Positions 10,841 through 20,858 of a stretch of DNA of 64,000 nucleotides are shown here, piece by piece. This DNA is from Treponemataceae bacterium. Its GTDB lineage: Bacteria > Spirochaetota > Spirochaetia > Treponematales > Rectinemataceae. Location of the stretch: positions 448,001 to 512,000 of the forward strand of contig CAXXGJ010000018.1 in the NCBI GenBank assembly GCA_963677895.2, in the 5' to 3' direction. Positions within the stretch are counted from its first letter, which is position 1, and each line of letters begins with the position of its first letter. The position numbers and the translations under genes are program-made. Under the pieces are notes generated by a model. It saw only the letters and a program-made list of their open reading frames with translations. It did no database searches and was not told the DNA's origin.

Positions 10841-10851
10841 CGGGTCGCCTG

Positions 10852-11535
10852 ATGGCCAGGCGGAAGGACGCCGATAAGCGGCAGCTCATCCTTGGCGAAG
10901 CCAAGCGCATGTTCGCGGGCAAAGGCTATGACGCGACTTCCATGGCGGCGCTCGCCAAGCACATTGGCATTCCGGTGGGAAGCCTCTATACCTACTTCGA
11001 GTCCAAGGAAGCCCTGCTCAATACCATCATAGAAGAAGGCTGGAACGAATTCTTCCTTTACCTCCAGGGGGGCTTATCCGAGGGCGGCTCATCCGAGGGC
11101 GGCGCCCTGTCCCGTTTAGCTTTCCTTGTGCGGAAGGCATTGCCCGAATTGTTCAAGGATCTCGACTTGATTGCGATCCTGCTCGCGCAGGCGGATCAGT
11201 CCTCCCGCCTCGGCGAAAAATTGGAGCAACTCGCCTTCCTCGTCGACTCGATAATCATGGATTTCAGGAAGGCCGAGAGGGGAAATGCGGGATCTGGAAT
11301 TCCCAACCTCAAGACAGGCCTGGCGGTCATGCTCCTCGGGAGCCTTGAGACGATGCGTTTGATTCACCGGGCCGGGATCGATATCGGGATGGAGGATGTC
11401 ATCGCCTTTCTTGTCCTGACGATCGAAGGCGCTTTGGGCTGCTCGCTGCCCGCTATTTGCGAGCCTGGAGACCCGCTTTCCACAACTGCCGCCCGGAGCG
11501 GTTCGCCTGCCTGCGCTGACGCGGCGGGAGGCTGA
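10852..11535 (+). CDS. TetR/AcrR family transcriptional regulator
   Basis: ILGEAKRMFAGKGYDATSM..LAKHIGIPVGSLYTYFESKE HTH. Confidence 0.9.
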   Translation: MARRKDADKRQLILGEAKRMFAGKGYDATSMAALAKHIGIPVGSLYTYFESKEALLNTIIEEGWNEFFLYLQGGLSEGGSSEGGALSRLAFLVRKALPELFKDLDLIAILLAQADQSSRLGEKLEQLAFLVDSIIMDFRKAERGNAGSGIPNLKTGLAVMLLGSLETMRLIHRAGIDIGMEDVIAFLVLTIEGALGCSLPAICEPGDPLSTTAARSGSPACADAAGG

Positions 11536-12505
11536 AGGGGCTCTTGCGAGCCAGCCAGAGCTTCACGATCGGGCTCACGATGAACACGAGGCGGCTCAGG
11601 AAACGGGTTTCCCATCGCACTTCCTCATAATAATCCTCGAGGGTTTTTCGCCTGAAATGCAATAGCGAATCGGCATAATCGGAGTCCTCGTACCAGCCGC
11701 AATGGAAATTGGCGGCCGCGAAGGCGTTTTCGGGCAGAAAAGTCGAATCGCCGAGGCCGAAATATCTGAACACCCGATCGAGGAAGGCCCTGAAGAAGGT
11801 ACGGCAGAGAGAGCCGCCGCCGATGTCGAGGGTTTGACCGCCGATGGAGGGGAGGGAGGCGGCGGCGGCGAAGGCGCGGCCCGCGTCTTCGGTATGGATG
11901 ATTTCGAGCCGCGTCTCGGGGGGCATCGAGAAGAGAAGGGGGTCGAAGGGCAGCCATTTCGCCCAGACGACGTAGGAGAGGCGCAGAACGGCGAAGTCGA
12001 GGCCGGACGCGCGCAGAAGCCTCTCGCATTCCGCCTTCGTTTCGCTGTAAAGATCCGAGGGATGGATTTCATCCGATGTCTTTATCCAGAAATTCTTGAG
12101 GCGGTCTCCATAGATGGCTATGCTCGAGGCGAAGATCAGGCGGGGAGGGTTCCGGGCCGACCGGCATGCCTCGATGATGTTGGCCGTGCCGCCGATATTG
12201 ATGGCTTTCGTCTTTTCGGGATCCTTTTCCGCCGCCGGCGGGATGAGGGCCGCGAGATGAATCACCGCGTCGGGGCCATCCGGGAAGGCGGAAAACGCTC
12301 TGCTTATGTCCGCCAGCGACCTTATGTCGCCGAAGACGAACTTGCAGGAAGCCCACTGCGTATTGAGCAGTCTTTTGAGCCCGGCTCCCGCCTTTTTAAG
12401 CGCCGAGGGGCTTTCGAAAATCGCGATGGAATGGCCCGCGGCAAGACAGGCCATCACCGCGCTGCGCCCCACATTCCCGAATCCGCCCGTCACCAGGATG
12501 TTCAT
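11453..12505 (-). CDS. NAD-dependent epimerase/dehydratase (extended SDR)
   Basis: ILVTGGFGNVG, VIHLAA, FASS and YSETK (YxxxK). Confidence 0.9.
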   Translation of the reverse strand: MNILVTGGFGNVGRSAVMACLAAGHSIAIFESPSALKKAGAGLKRLLNTQWASCKFVFGDIRSLADISRAFSAFPDGPDAVIHLAALIPPAAEKDPEKTKAINIGGTANIIEACRSARNPPRLIFASSIAIYGDRLKNFWIKTSDEIHPSDLYSETKAECERLLRASGLDFAVLRLSYVVWAKWLPFDPLLFSMPPETRLEIIHTEDAGRAFAAAASLPSIGGQTLDIGGGSLCRTFFRAFLDRVFRYFGLGDSTFLPENAFAAANFHCGWYEDSDYADSLLHFRRKTLEDYYEEVRWETRFLSRLVFIVSPIVKLWLARKSPFSLPPRQRRQANRSGRQLWKAGLQARK

Positions 12506-12543
12506 TCATCGCCTCCGGATAGAAAGCTTCTGAGATGAAGTAT

Positions 12544-12573
12544 ACTATAAATGAACGATCATTCAATATACAA
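12544..12573 (-). promoter_or_regulatory. Sigma70-like promoter of the SDR gene with a palindromic operator in the spacer
   Basis: Minus strand TTGTAT-N18-TATAGT; imperfect palindrome TGAACGATCATTCA at 12552-12565. Confidence 0.5.
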
Positions 12574-12650
12574 GGTTACAAGGTTTCCCTTTATTGGTCG
12601 AACAGGTATCTTATTGACGATAATCGCTGTCCTGTCGTACACTTCGCGCC

Positions 12651-14447
12651 ATGATTACGATTCATGAACTGCGAAGCAAATACATAGAATTCTTCAAGTC
12701 GAAAGATCATATCGAGATCAGCGGCAAGTCCCTCGTCCCCGAAAACGATCCTTCGGTTCTTTTCACGACGGCCGGCATGCATCCCTTGGTCCCGTATCTC
12801 CTCGGCGAGCCGCATCCCGCGGGCAAGAGGCTGACGGACTACCAGAAATGCATCCGGACCGGCGACATCGAAGAAGTGGGCGACGAAGGTCATCTCACCT
12901 TTTTCGAGATGCTGGGCAACTGGTCCCTCGGCGATTATTTCAAGAAGGAATCCATAGCCTTTTCCTGGGAATTTCTCGTCTCCCCGAAATGGCTCGCTCT
13001 CGATCCCGCGAAGATTTCCGTGACGGTGTTCGCCGGCGACGAAAATTCGCCCAGGGATGAAGTTTCCGCCGATGCCTGGAAGTCTCTGGGCATGCCGGCC
13101 GACCGGATAGCCTATCTTCCCGCCGGCGACAACTGGTGGGCCGCCGGTCCCGTCGGCCCCTGCGGCCCCGACACCGAGATTTTCATCTGGACCGGCGAGG
13201 GACTGCCTCCCGCCGGCTCCAACAAAGGCACCGATCCCAAGCGTTGGATGGAAATCTGGAACAATGTCTTCATGGAATTCAACCGCGTGGACGAAAGGAC
13301 CCTCGTGAAGCTGCCCGCCCAGAACGTGGACACGGGCATGGGCCTCGAGCGGACCGTGGCCATGCTTCAGGGCAAAAAATCGGTCTATGAGACCGAGGCC
13401 TTCACGCCCATCCTCGAAACCCTGGGACGTCTCGCGGGAAAGGCCTATGGCGCTCCCGGAAATGATCCCGAACTCGATCGCAGCTTCAGGATAGTGGCCG
13501 ACCATGTACGCACGGCCACCTTCATCCTGGGCGACCCGAAAGCCGTCCTTCCCTCCAACGTGGGAGCGGGCTACGTGCTGCGGCGCATCATCAGGCGGGC
13601 GGTGCGGCATGGCCGCAAGCTCGGCATCGAAGGCGCCTTCCTATCGATTCCCGCCGAGGGCGTGATCGAGAACTACGCGGTTCCCTATCCGGAACTCGTG
13701 GAGAACAAGGCGCGCGTCCTCGACGAGTTGCGCGGCGAGGAGGAAAAATTCCTCGAAACCTTGATAAAGGGCGAGCATGAATTCCAGAAGATGCTGCCCA
13801 ATCTCCTCAGGAATCCCCAGAAAATAATGTCGGGACGCCTGGCTTTCAAGCTCTACGACACCTATGGCTTCCCGATCGAGCTGACCGAGGAAGTAGCGGG
13901 CGAAAATGGCCTTACGGTCGACAGGGCGGAATTCGACGAGGCCTACAGGAAGCATCAGGAGCTTTCCAGGGCAGGCAGCGAGCAGACCTTCAAGGGCGGC
14001 CTGGCCGATCATTCCGAGATTTCCACGAAGTACCACTCCGTGACCCATCTCATGCAGAAGGCGCTGAGGATCGTCCTGGGCGACCACGTGGCGCAGAAAG
14101 GCAGCAATATCACGACGGAGCGCGTCCGCTTCGATTTTTCCCACCCCTCGCCGATGACAAAGGAAGAGATCGCCAAGGTGGAGGAGATCGTCAACGAGCA
14201 GATTCGCCGCGATTTGCCCGTTACGATGGAGATGATGAGCCTGGACGAGGCGAGGGCCGCGGGCGCCATCGCGCTGTTCGGCGAAAAGTACGAATCGGTG
14301 GTGAAGGTCTATACGATGGGCGATTTTTCGAAGGAAGTGTGCGGCGGTCCCCATGTGGCCCATACCGGCCTTCTTGGAAAATTCAGGATCCAGAAAGAGC
14401 AGTCTTCCAGCGCCGGCGTGCGCAGGATTTACGGTATTCTCGAATAG
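12651..14447 (+). CDS. alaS: Alanine--tRNA ligase, short form lacking the C-Ala domain
   Basis: LFTTAGM, QKCIRTGD, FFEMLGN, GPCGP, DTGMGLER, FKLYDTYGFP, editing motifs HSVTH and EVCGGPH; ends at GVRRI, 598 aa. Confidence 0.97.
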   Translation: MITIHELRSKYIEFFKSKDHIEISGKSLVPENDPSVLFTTAGMHPLVPYLLGEPHPAGKRLTDYQKCIRTGDIEEVGDEGHLTFFEMLGNWSLGDYFKKESIAFSWEFLVSPKWLALDPAKISVTVFAGDENSPRDEVSADAWKSLGMPADRIAYLPAGDNWWAAGPVGPCGPDTEIFIWTGEGLPPAGSNKGTDPKRWMEIWNNVFMEFNRVDERTLVKLPAQNVDTGMGLERTVAMLQGKKSVYETEAFTPILETLGRLAGKAYGAPGNDPELDRSFRIVADHVRTATFILGDPKAVLPSNVGAGYVLRRIIRRAVRHGRKLGIEGAFLSIPAEGVIENYAVPYPELVENKARVLDELRGEEEKFLETLIKGEHEFQKMLPNLLRNPQKIMSGRLAFKLYDTYGFPIELTEEVAGENGLTVDRAEFDEAYRKHQELSRAGSEQTFKGGLADHSEISTKYHSVTHLMQKALRIVLGDHVAQKGSNITTERVRFDFSHPSPMTKEEIAKVEEIVNEQIRRDLPVTMEMMSLDEARAAGAIALFGEKYESVVKVYTMGDFSKEVCGGPHVAHTGLLGKFRIQKEQSSSAGVRRIYGILE

Positions 14448-14501
14448 CTTTTGGCGCGCGGATAGGCGGGCGGCTTCTTTGCTTCGCCGCTGGCCGCGCG
14501 T

Positions 14502-14843
14502 TCAACTGATTCTGCGAAGGCCCTGGTATGCCGTATTGTCGTCTTCGGAGACGATGCGGAGTATCCATGGGCCTTCGGTTTTTTCTCCCTCCCACCATAC
14601 CTGCCGGATAAAATCCTCGAATCCGTCCTCCACCGTTGGATAGTCGGCTTTTCGCCATTGGAAGAAGACGTATTCGCCAGCGGGGATGGCCAAGGCTTGG
14701 CCTTGCGGCATGGCGAGAGGGCGCCGCAGGGTGGGGCCGGCGTTCCGGTCATCCACGATTATATCGTCGGGATCGAAGGTCCAGATGCCTTCTTCCGAAA
14801 GCGCGGAGCTGAGGTGGAGGCATAGGAGGCGGGGGTCGCTCAT
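14502..14843 (-). CDS. Hypothetical protein, weakly GyrI-like
   Basis: 113-aa ORF filling the alaS-dxs gap; IPAGEYVFFQW segment. Confidence 0.55.
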   Translation of the reverse strand: MSDPRLLCLHLSSALSEEGIWTFDPDDIIVDDRNAGPTLRRPLAMPQGQALAIPAGEYVFFQWRKADYPTVEDGFEDFIRQVWWEGEKTEGPWILRIVSEDDNTAYQGLRRIS

Positions 14844-14962
14844 GGCTGGATTCTGAAGGATTTTTCCTCGCTGTTCAAGCCGTGCCGGAATCGCCGCCGA
14901 TGGAATTCGGTCTTTTCCGGATATCTGGAAATAGTGCCTGTTTGATGGTATCCTGCCCTAAC

Positions 14963-16879
14963 ATGAGTCTTCTGGAAAGCATACGATCACCCGGGGATGT
15001 CAAGAAGCTCAAGGAATCCGAGCTTCGCTACCTCGCGGAAGAGATACGACATAAAATAGTGGACACTGTAAAGGCGAACGGGGGACATCTGTCCTCCAAC
15101 CTGGGCGTGATCGAGCTGAGCATAGCCCTTCACAGGGTGTTCGATTCGCCGCGCGACGCCATAGTCTGGGATGTGGGGCATCAAAGCTACACGCACAAGC
15201 TTCTCACCGGCCGCGCCCAGCTTTTCGGCAGAATTCGCAAAAAGGGCGGACTGTCGGGCTTTCCCAAGCGTTCGGAGAGCATCCACGACATTTTCGACAC
15301 CGGGCATTCCTCGACATCGATTTCATCGGCCCTGGGTCTTCTCGAGGCGAGGAAACGTTCGGGGAAGCCCGGACGCGTCATCGCCGTCATCGGCGACGGG
15401 GCCCTCACGGCGGGCATGGCATATGAGGGCTTGAGCAATGTCACTCAGCTCAACCTCCCTCTCATCGTCATTCTGAACGACAACAAGATGTCGATCTCTC
15501 CCAATGTGGGGGCGATTTCCCGCTATCTTTCCCGGCTATCCGCCAGCGTGCACTATCAGAGTTTCCGGAGGAAATTCGACACGCTCGTGGAAGCCATTCC
15601 GCATTTCGGCGGTTTTTTCCTCGATATGATCGTGCGCGGAAAGCGCGCCGTGAAGGCCATCTTCTTCAAGGAAAATCTTTTTTCCGACCTGGGATTCGAA
15701 TATGTGGGTCCCATCGACGGCCACAATATTCCCGTCCTGATCAGCGTGCTGAACCAGGTCAGAAAACTGGAACGTCCGGTGGTCGTCCATGTCGTCACGA
15801 CGAAGGGCAAGGGATTCGAAAAGGCCGAGGAGGATCCCGAGAGCTTCCACGGTGTATCGCCCTTCCATTCGGGTCCGGCCCAAACCCAACCCACCTTCAC
15901 CGAAATTTTCGGGAAGGCGATGGAGGAGATGGCCTCGGAGCGCGGCGATCTTGTCGCGATAACGGCGGCCATGGCTAAAGGCACCGGCCTTGACCTGATG
16001 GCGAAAAAATTCCCCGCCCGCGTGTACGATGTCGGGATCGCCGAGCAGCACGCGGTCACCTTCGCAGCGGGTCTGGCCACGGGGGGACTCTCTCCCGTCG
16101 TGGCGATCTATTCCACCTTCATGCAGAGGGCCGTGGACCAGGTGCTCCACGATGTCGCGTTGCCGAATCTCCATGTGGTGTTCGCCCTGGACAGGGCCGG
16201 CGCCGTTGGCGAGGATGGGGAGACGCACCAGGGGTTCTACGACATTGCGCTTTTAAAGGCTCTGCCGAACATGACGATGCTGGCGCCATCGGGCGCCGCG
16301 GAAATGAAGGCTTTTCTGGTCTATGCCTTGGCGCAGCGAGGTCCTGTCGTCATTCGCTATCCCAAGGCCCGAATCGCCCGAGACGAGAACCCTGAGGCTC
16401 CCGTGGCGCTGGCTGCCTTGGTCACCGGCCGCGGGGAATTCCTCCGCAGGACCCCCGGAGCTTCCTTGCTGGTCTGCGCGCTGGGGCCTGTAGCGAGGAG
16501 CGCGGCCAACGCGATCGACCGGCTTGCCGCGAAGGGCGTCTATATCGATCTCTATTCCCTCCGCTTCGTCTGCCCGATAGACGAAGCCTACCTCGCGGAG
16601 GTCTGCGGGCATTACGCCGAGATCGTCACGGTAGAGGAAGGTTCCAAATCGGGAGGCGTGGGGGAAACGGTCGCGTCGATTTTATCCCGGAAATCCGTGG
16701 GCGTAGGGGTCACCACGCTCGGCTTCAATGTCCTGCCCTCCGCGCAGGCGTCGCGCGACGAACTCCTGCGAGAGGCCGGCCTCGACGAGGATGGACTGTA
16801 TTCCACGATCGGGAGAATGGCTGCCGACACAAAGGGCACGAGGTTGTATGAAACGATATCTTTCGCTGCCCGGGTCTAG
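14963..16879 (+). CDS. dxs: 1-deoxy-D-xylulose-5-phosphate synthase
   Basis: GGHLSSNLG, WDVGHQSY, GDGALTAG..ND, DVGIAEQHAV, DRAG and GEDGETHQG; start set at ATG 14963. Confidence 0.97.
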   Translation: MSLLESIRSPGDVKKLKESELRYLAEEIRHKIVDTVKANGGHLSSNLGVIELSIALHRVFDSPRDAIVWDVGHQSYTHKLLTGRAQLFGRIRKKGGLSGFPKRSESIHDIFDTGHSSTSISSALGLLEARKRSGKPGRVIAVIGDGALTAGMAYEGLSNVTQLNLPLIVILNDNKMSISPNVGAISRYLSRLSASVHYQSFRRKFDTLVEAIPHFGGFFLDMIVRGKRAVKAIFFKENLFSDLGFEYVGPIDGHNIPVLISVLNQVRKLERPVVVHVVTTKGKGFEKAEEDPESFHGVSPFHSGPAQTQPTFTEIFGKAMEEMASERGDLVAITAAMAKGTGLDLMAKKFPARVYDVGIAEQHAVTFAAGLATGGLSPVVAIYSTFMQRAVDQVLHDVALPNLHVVFALDRAGAVGEDGETHQGFYDIALLKALPNMTMLAPSGAAEMKAFLVYALAQRGPVVIRYPKARIARDENPEAPVALAALVTGRGEFLRRTPGASLLVCALGPVARSAANAIDRLAAKGVYIDLYSLRFVCPIDEAYLAEVCGHYAEIVTVEEGSKSGGVGETVASILSRKSVGVGVTTLGFNVLPSAQASRDELLREAGLDEDGLYSTIGRMAADTKGTRLYETISFAARV

Positions 16880-17723
16880 AACCCTCGAACTCGGCGTACG
16901 CCCGGTCATAATGGGCATCGTCAACGTGACGCCCGATTCCTTTTTCAGCGAGAGCAGGCGCCTCGATCCTCTGGAAGCGGCCGATAGGGCTTTATCGCTT
17001 ATCGGCGAGGGGGCTGATATCCTCGATTTCGGCGCCGAGTCGACGAGGCCTGGCTCGGATCCTGTGGATCCTGAAGAGGAGAAGCGCAGGCTGATTCCCG
17101 CCATCAGACAATTCCGCAAGCAGTCAAGCGCGATTATTTCGGTGGACACCAGGCGCGCCGATGTCGCGGCGGCGGCCCTGGGCGAGGGGGCGGATATCGT
17201 GAACGACATCGGCGCGCTCGGCGACCTTGGTATGGCTTCAGTAGTGGCGCGCTATGGCGCGGCCATTGTTCTCATGCATATGCGCGGCGATCCCGCGACG
17301 ATGCAGGAGAGCCCGCGCTATGATGACTGTGCCGCCGAAGTGCGGGATTTTCTCGACGCGGCGGTCCGAAGAGCGCTCGAAGCCGGCATTCTGCCGGCCG
17401 GCATCATCCTCGATCCCGGGATCGGCTTCGGAAAGCGGCTCGAACACAACCTTGATTTGCTCGAAAGGCTTTATCTCCTGGCCGAATCCGGCTATCCTGT
17501 GCTTGTGGGGCTGTCGCGTAAGCGTTTTATCGGCGAAATCACCGGCAAGCCCGTGGAAGAAAGGCTCGCGGGGAGCCTGGGCGCCGCCTGCGCGGCCTGG
17601 GCGCGGGGAGCCGATATTTTCAGGGTTCACGATGTCGCGGCGACGCGGGACGCGCTCAAGGTTTTTGACGCGGCGGCGCGGCGCGGCCCCGGATCCGGCA
17701 TGAGGAGACCTGATGGACCTTAA
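16848..17723 (+). CDS. folP: Dihydropteroate synthase
   Basis: IMGIVNVTPDSF, GAESTRPG, LDPGIGFGK, SRKRF and RVHDV; start set at ATG 16848, overlapping dxs. Confidence 0.96.
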   Translation: MKRYLSLPGSRTLELGVRPVIMGIVNVTPDSFFSESRRLDPLEAADRALSLIGEGADILDFGAESTRPGSDPVDPEEEKRRLIPAIRQFRKQSSAIISVDTRRADVAAAALGEGADIVNDIGALGDLGMASVVARYGAAIVLMHMRGDPATMQESPRYDDCAAEVRDFLDAAVRRALEAGILPAGIILDPGIGFGKRLEHNLDLLERLYLLAESGYPVLVGLSRKRFIGEITGKPVEERLAGSLGAACAAWARGADIFRVHDVAATRDALKVFDAAARRGPGSGMRRPDGP

Positions 17724-18516
17724 CGGCCTGGCTTCTTTTTTCACGACCTATGTGCGGCCCGTTCTCGATGTGCTCCTTTTAGCCTATCTCATCTACAATA
17801 CCTACCAGATTCTGGTTAAGACGCAGGCGATTCAGCTCGTCAAGGGAATTCTGCTCCTTACCGGCATCTACGCCTTGGCCTTCTTCCTCCAGCTCTCCAC
17901 GGTAACCTGGATACTGGGGATCGTGGCGCCCGGATTGGTCATCGGCCTCGCGATCATCTTCCAGCCCGAATTGAGGAAGATCTTCATGCACTTGGGACAG
18001 GGAAGGCTTTTCCGGACGAACCGACAGCCCAGGGCCAGCCAGATCGAGGCTTCCGCTACCGCGTGCGAGATACTTGCCCAGATGAAGCGCGGCGCCCTCA
18101 TCGTGTTCAGCAGGAATGTCGGCTTGAAGGAAATAATCGACAAGGGAATCAGGCTCGACGCCGTGCTTACCACGAGTCTTCTCGTCACGGTTTTCGCCCA
18201 TGACAATCCCCTCCATGACGGCGCGGCGATCATCCAGGAAGGCCGTCTGGCCGCGGCCGCGTGCTTCCTGCCCCTTTCCAACCAACAGGATATCAAGAAA
18301 AGTTTCGGAAGCCGGCATCGCGCCGCGCTCGGCATCACCGAAGAATCCGACGCCGTCGTGCTCGTCGTGTCTGAGGAGACGGGCGCTCTTTCCCTTGCCT
18401 ACGACTCTAAGCTTTACTACGGACTCTCGGGCGAACAGCTGAGGGTGCGTCTCGCGAAGCTTCTCGAGGGCGAGGCTATGGAATCGGCCGAGGAGGAGAA
18501 GCATTATGAAGCTTGA
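17713..18516 (+). CDS. cdaA: Diadenylate cyclase CdaA
   Basis: Three N-terminal TM segments, IFQPELR, LHDGA, GSRHRAALG and VSEETG. Confidence 0.95.
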   Translation: MDLNGLASFFTTYVRPVLDVLLLAYLIYNTYQILVKTQAIQLVKGILLLTGIYALAFFLQLSTVTWILGIVAPGLVIGLAIIFQPELRKIFMHLGQGRLFRTNRQPRASQIEASATACEILAQMKRGALIVFSRNVGLKEIIDKGIRLDAVLTTSLLVTVFAHDNPLHDGAAIIQEGRLAAAACFLPLSNQQDIKKSFGSRHRAALGITEESDAVVLVVSEETGALSLAYDSKLYYGLSGEQLRVRLAKLLEGEAMESAEEEKHYEA

Positions 18517-19548
18517 ACGCTTCTTCAAGCTCATGTTCGCCGACTGGCCGGCGAAGGTGCTCTCCCTGGCGGTAGCCCTCCTTCTCACCCTTTTCTTCAA
18601 TCTCACCCGTCTGGAACAAAGGACGATCAACATTCCGCTCACCGTTTCCCTCAACGACGAGATGGCGCCTTCCAGTCAGTACCCGCGCATGGTGCGGGTA
18701 ATCCTTCGCGGCGAACGCGATGTCATCTACAGTATTCGCGAGGATGAGGTCTCTGCTTCCCTGGACCTAGCGGAATACAAGAACGAAGGCGTGTTCAAGG
18801 CACCCATACGTCTCGAAAAACGAGGGAATGCCCTTACCGCCGATCCTCTCGAGATCCATCCCGAACCTTCCGAGATAGCCATCGGCCTGGAGAGGAGAAT
18901 GACGAAGAAGGTGCCTGTCACTCCTTCGTTCAAGGGCTTTCTCGAATCCGGCTTCGAACTCACGACCTTCGACCTGGTTCCCGCGGAAGTGACGGTCTCC
19001 GGACCCGCGGGGCTCGTCGCGCGCACCACGGAAGTCTCGACCGACACGATCGAGCTGAGCGGGAAGAAATCGGATTTCACCGCCAATGTGCGTCTTCTTA
19101 AGAAGGAAAGTCTCCTTTCTCTGGATGGAAAGGAGTCGGTCGTTTTTTCCGCGAAAGTGCGAAAGTCCCTCGACATCAAGAATTTCGTCAATATAAAGAT
19201 CTATCCTCAGGGCTGAGCGCTTCGCTTGAAATCACCGATATCCTGCCCACGGGTAACGTGCGGATGCATATTCCCGAAGAGGCCATGGGTAATTTCGACC
19301 AGAATGCCCTGCTTAGCATAGATCTTTCCACGCTTACCAAACCCGGCACGTATATGGTCGATGTAGCCGTCTCGGCGCCCGAGGGAGCCGTGGTGGAAAC
19401 CTTCGAACCGCAAACCCTTACCATCAGCCTCAGGTCCGCCGGATCCGGATCGGGAAGTCAGTTGTCCGGATCGATTCCATCGTTGCCGTCTTCCGGCATT
19501 TTCGGCGCGTCTCAGCAGCAGGCGGCCCCTCAGTCCAATGGCTTCTAA
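18506..19548 (+). CDS. cdaR: CdaR (YbbR-repeat) regulator, split by a 1-nt frameshift at ~19211
   Basis: WPAKVLSLAVA TM plus YbbR-like repeats in 18506-19216; reading continues in the -1 frame (LSASLEITDILPTGNVRMH..IDLSTLTKPGTY..FEPQTL) to the stop at 19548. Confidence 0.8.
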
Positions 19549-19572
19549 TCTTTCTTCGTTCAGGAGTCCAGA

Positions 19573-19959
19573 ATGATCGCCGGTATTGGCATAGATATCG
19601 TTCACGTCAGCAGGATTCAGCGCTGGATGACAACGCCGGGGCTGGTGGAGCGTTTTTTCCATCCGATGGAGATCGCGGATTCGGCCTCTCGCGGCGCTGG
19701 CCGCGCTCTGTCTCTGGCGGCCCGTTTCGCCGCGAAGGAAGCCTTCGGGAAGGCTCTCGGAACGGGGCTGGCGAAGATGAAGCTGAAGGATATCTTCGTG
19801 AGGAACGATCATAACGGCCAGCCGTTCATCATCCTGGAAGGTACCGCCTCGGCGCGTTTCGCGCAGTTGGGCGGCGGCAAAGTACATTGTTCGCTAACCC
19901 ATGAAGGAGAAAACGCGGTGGCCTTGGTCGTGATCGAGAAAGAAGCGGGCGGGAAATGA
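19573..19959 (+). CDS. acpS: Holo-ACP synthase
   Basis: GIGIDIV, ARFAAKEAFGKALGTG and SLTHE. Confidence 0.95.
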   Translation: MIAGIGIDIVHVSRIQRWMTTPGLVERFFHPMEIADSASRGAGRALSLAARFAAKEAFGKALGTGLAKMKLKDIFVRNDHNGQPFIILEGTASARFAQLGGGKVHCSLTHEGENAVALVVIEKEAGGK

Positions 19960-20858
19960 CCAGAAGGCCCATTCAGCTTGTCGTTTCCTACGACGGCACC
20001 GATTTCGCGGGGTGGCAGCGCCAGAAAAACGAGCGTTCCGTGCAGGAAGAGATAGAGAAAGCCCTCGAGAAAATGCATGGGCATCCTGTTCGCCTGACGG
20101 GAGCCGGCCGCACCGACGCGGGCGTTCACGCGCTAGGCCAGGTGGCCGGATTTTTTACCGATATAGCGTCCATTCCCGCCGAAAAATTTCTTCTCGCCCT
20201 CAACAAGCTGCTGCCGCGCGACATACGCATCCTTTGCGCGGGCGATGCGCCGCGCGATTTCCACGCGCGTTTCGACGCTTCCCTGAGGAGATATAGGTAT
20301 TTCTTCCTTTGTTCCAGCCCCCAGGACGCTTTTTCCCAGCGCTATGCCTGGTGCCTTTCCCGCCAGCCTTCCATCGGCAAGCTCAACGCCATGGCTTCGG
20401 TCATCGTGGGCGAGCATGATTTCTCGGCGTTCGCCTCTGCCAAAGATATCAGCGTCTCGAAATCCAGGTTCATCCAGGATTCCAGCTTCTGGTTTGAGGG
20501 CGGCAAGCTTGTCTATCAGGTTTCGGCGAACGCTTTTTTATGGCGCATGGTGCGTTCCCTCGTCGGCACGATGATCTTTTTCGAATCCAAGGCCGCAACC
20601 GAGGCCGATGCGGCCAAACTTATGCTGGATATACTCGTCAGCGCGGACAGGCGGGAAGCGGGGCCGACCGCTCCTCCTTACGGGCTTTTCCTCTGGAATG
20701 TGGAATACGGCCCGCGCGCCCATGGCCATCAGCGCCGACGGCCTCAGGACGATGAGCCCGAAGAAGATGTTCCCGATGAAACCTTGCCCGGTCTTCAGAC
20801 CGCCAGGCTCGTTCCCGGCATCGGATTCGTGGACGAAACCTCGATCCTGCGCGGCTGA
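19956..20858 (+). CDS. truA: tRNA pseudouridine(38-40) synthase
   Basis: YDGTDFAGWQ, GAGRTDAGVHA, FHARF, FLWRMVR and GPTAPP.GL. Confidence 0.96.
   Translation: MTRRPIQLVVSYDGTDFAGWQRQKNERSVQEEIEKALEKMHGHPVRLTGAGRTDAGVHALGQVAGFFTDIASIPAEKFLLALNKLLPRDIRILCAGDAPRDFHARFDASLRRYRYFFLCSSPQDAFSQRYAWCLSRQPSIGKLNAMASVIVGEHDFSAFASAKDISVSKSRFIQDSSFWFEGGKLVYQVSANAFLWRMVRSLVGTMIFFESKAATEADAAKLMLDILVSADRREAGPTAPPYGLFLWNVEYGPRAHGHQRRRPQDDEPEEDVPDETLPGLQTARLVPGIGFVDETSILRG

Noticed and set aside
14963..20858. cdaA-cdaR followed by acpS-truA instead of glmM
   Set aside because: As I recall, this is the usual treponemal arrangement, so it is not novel.
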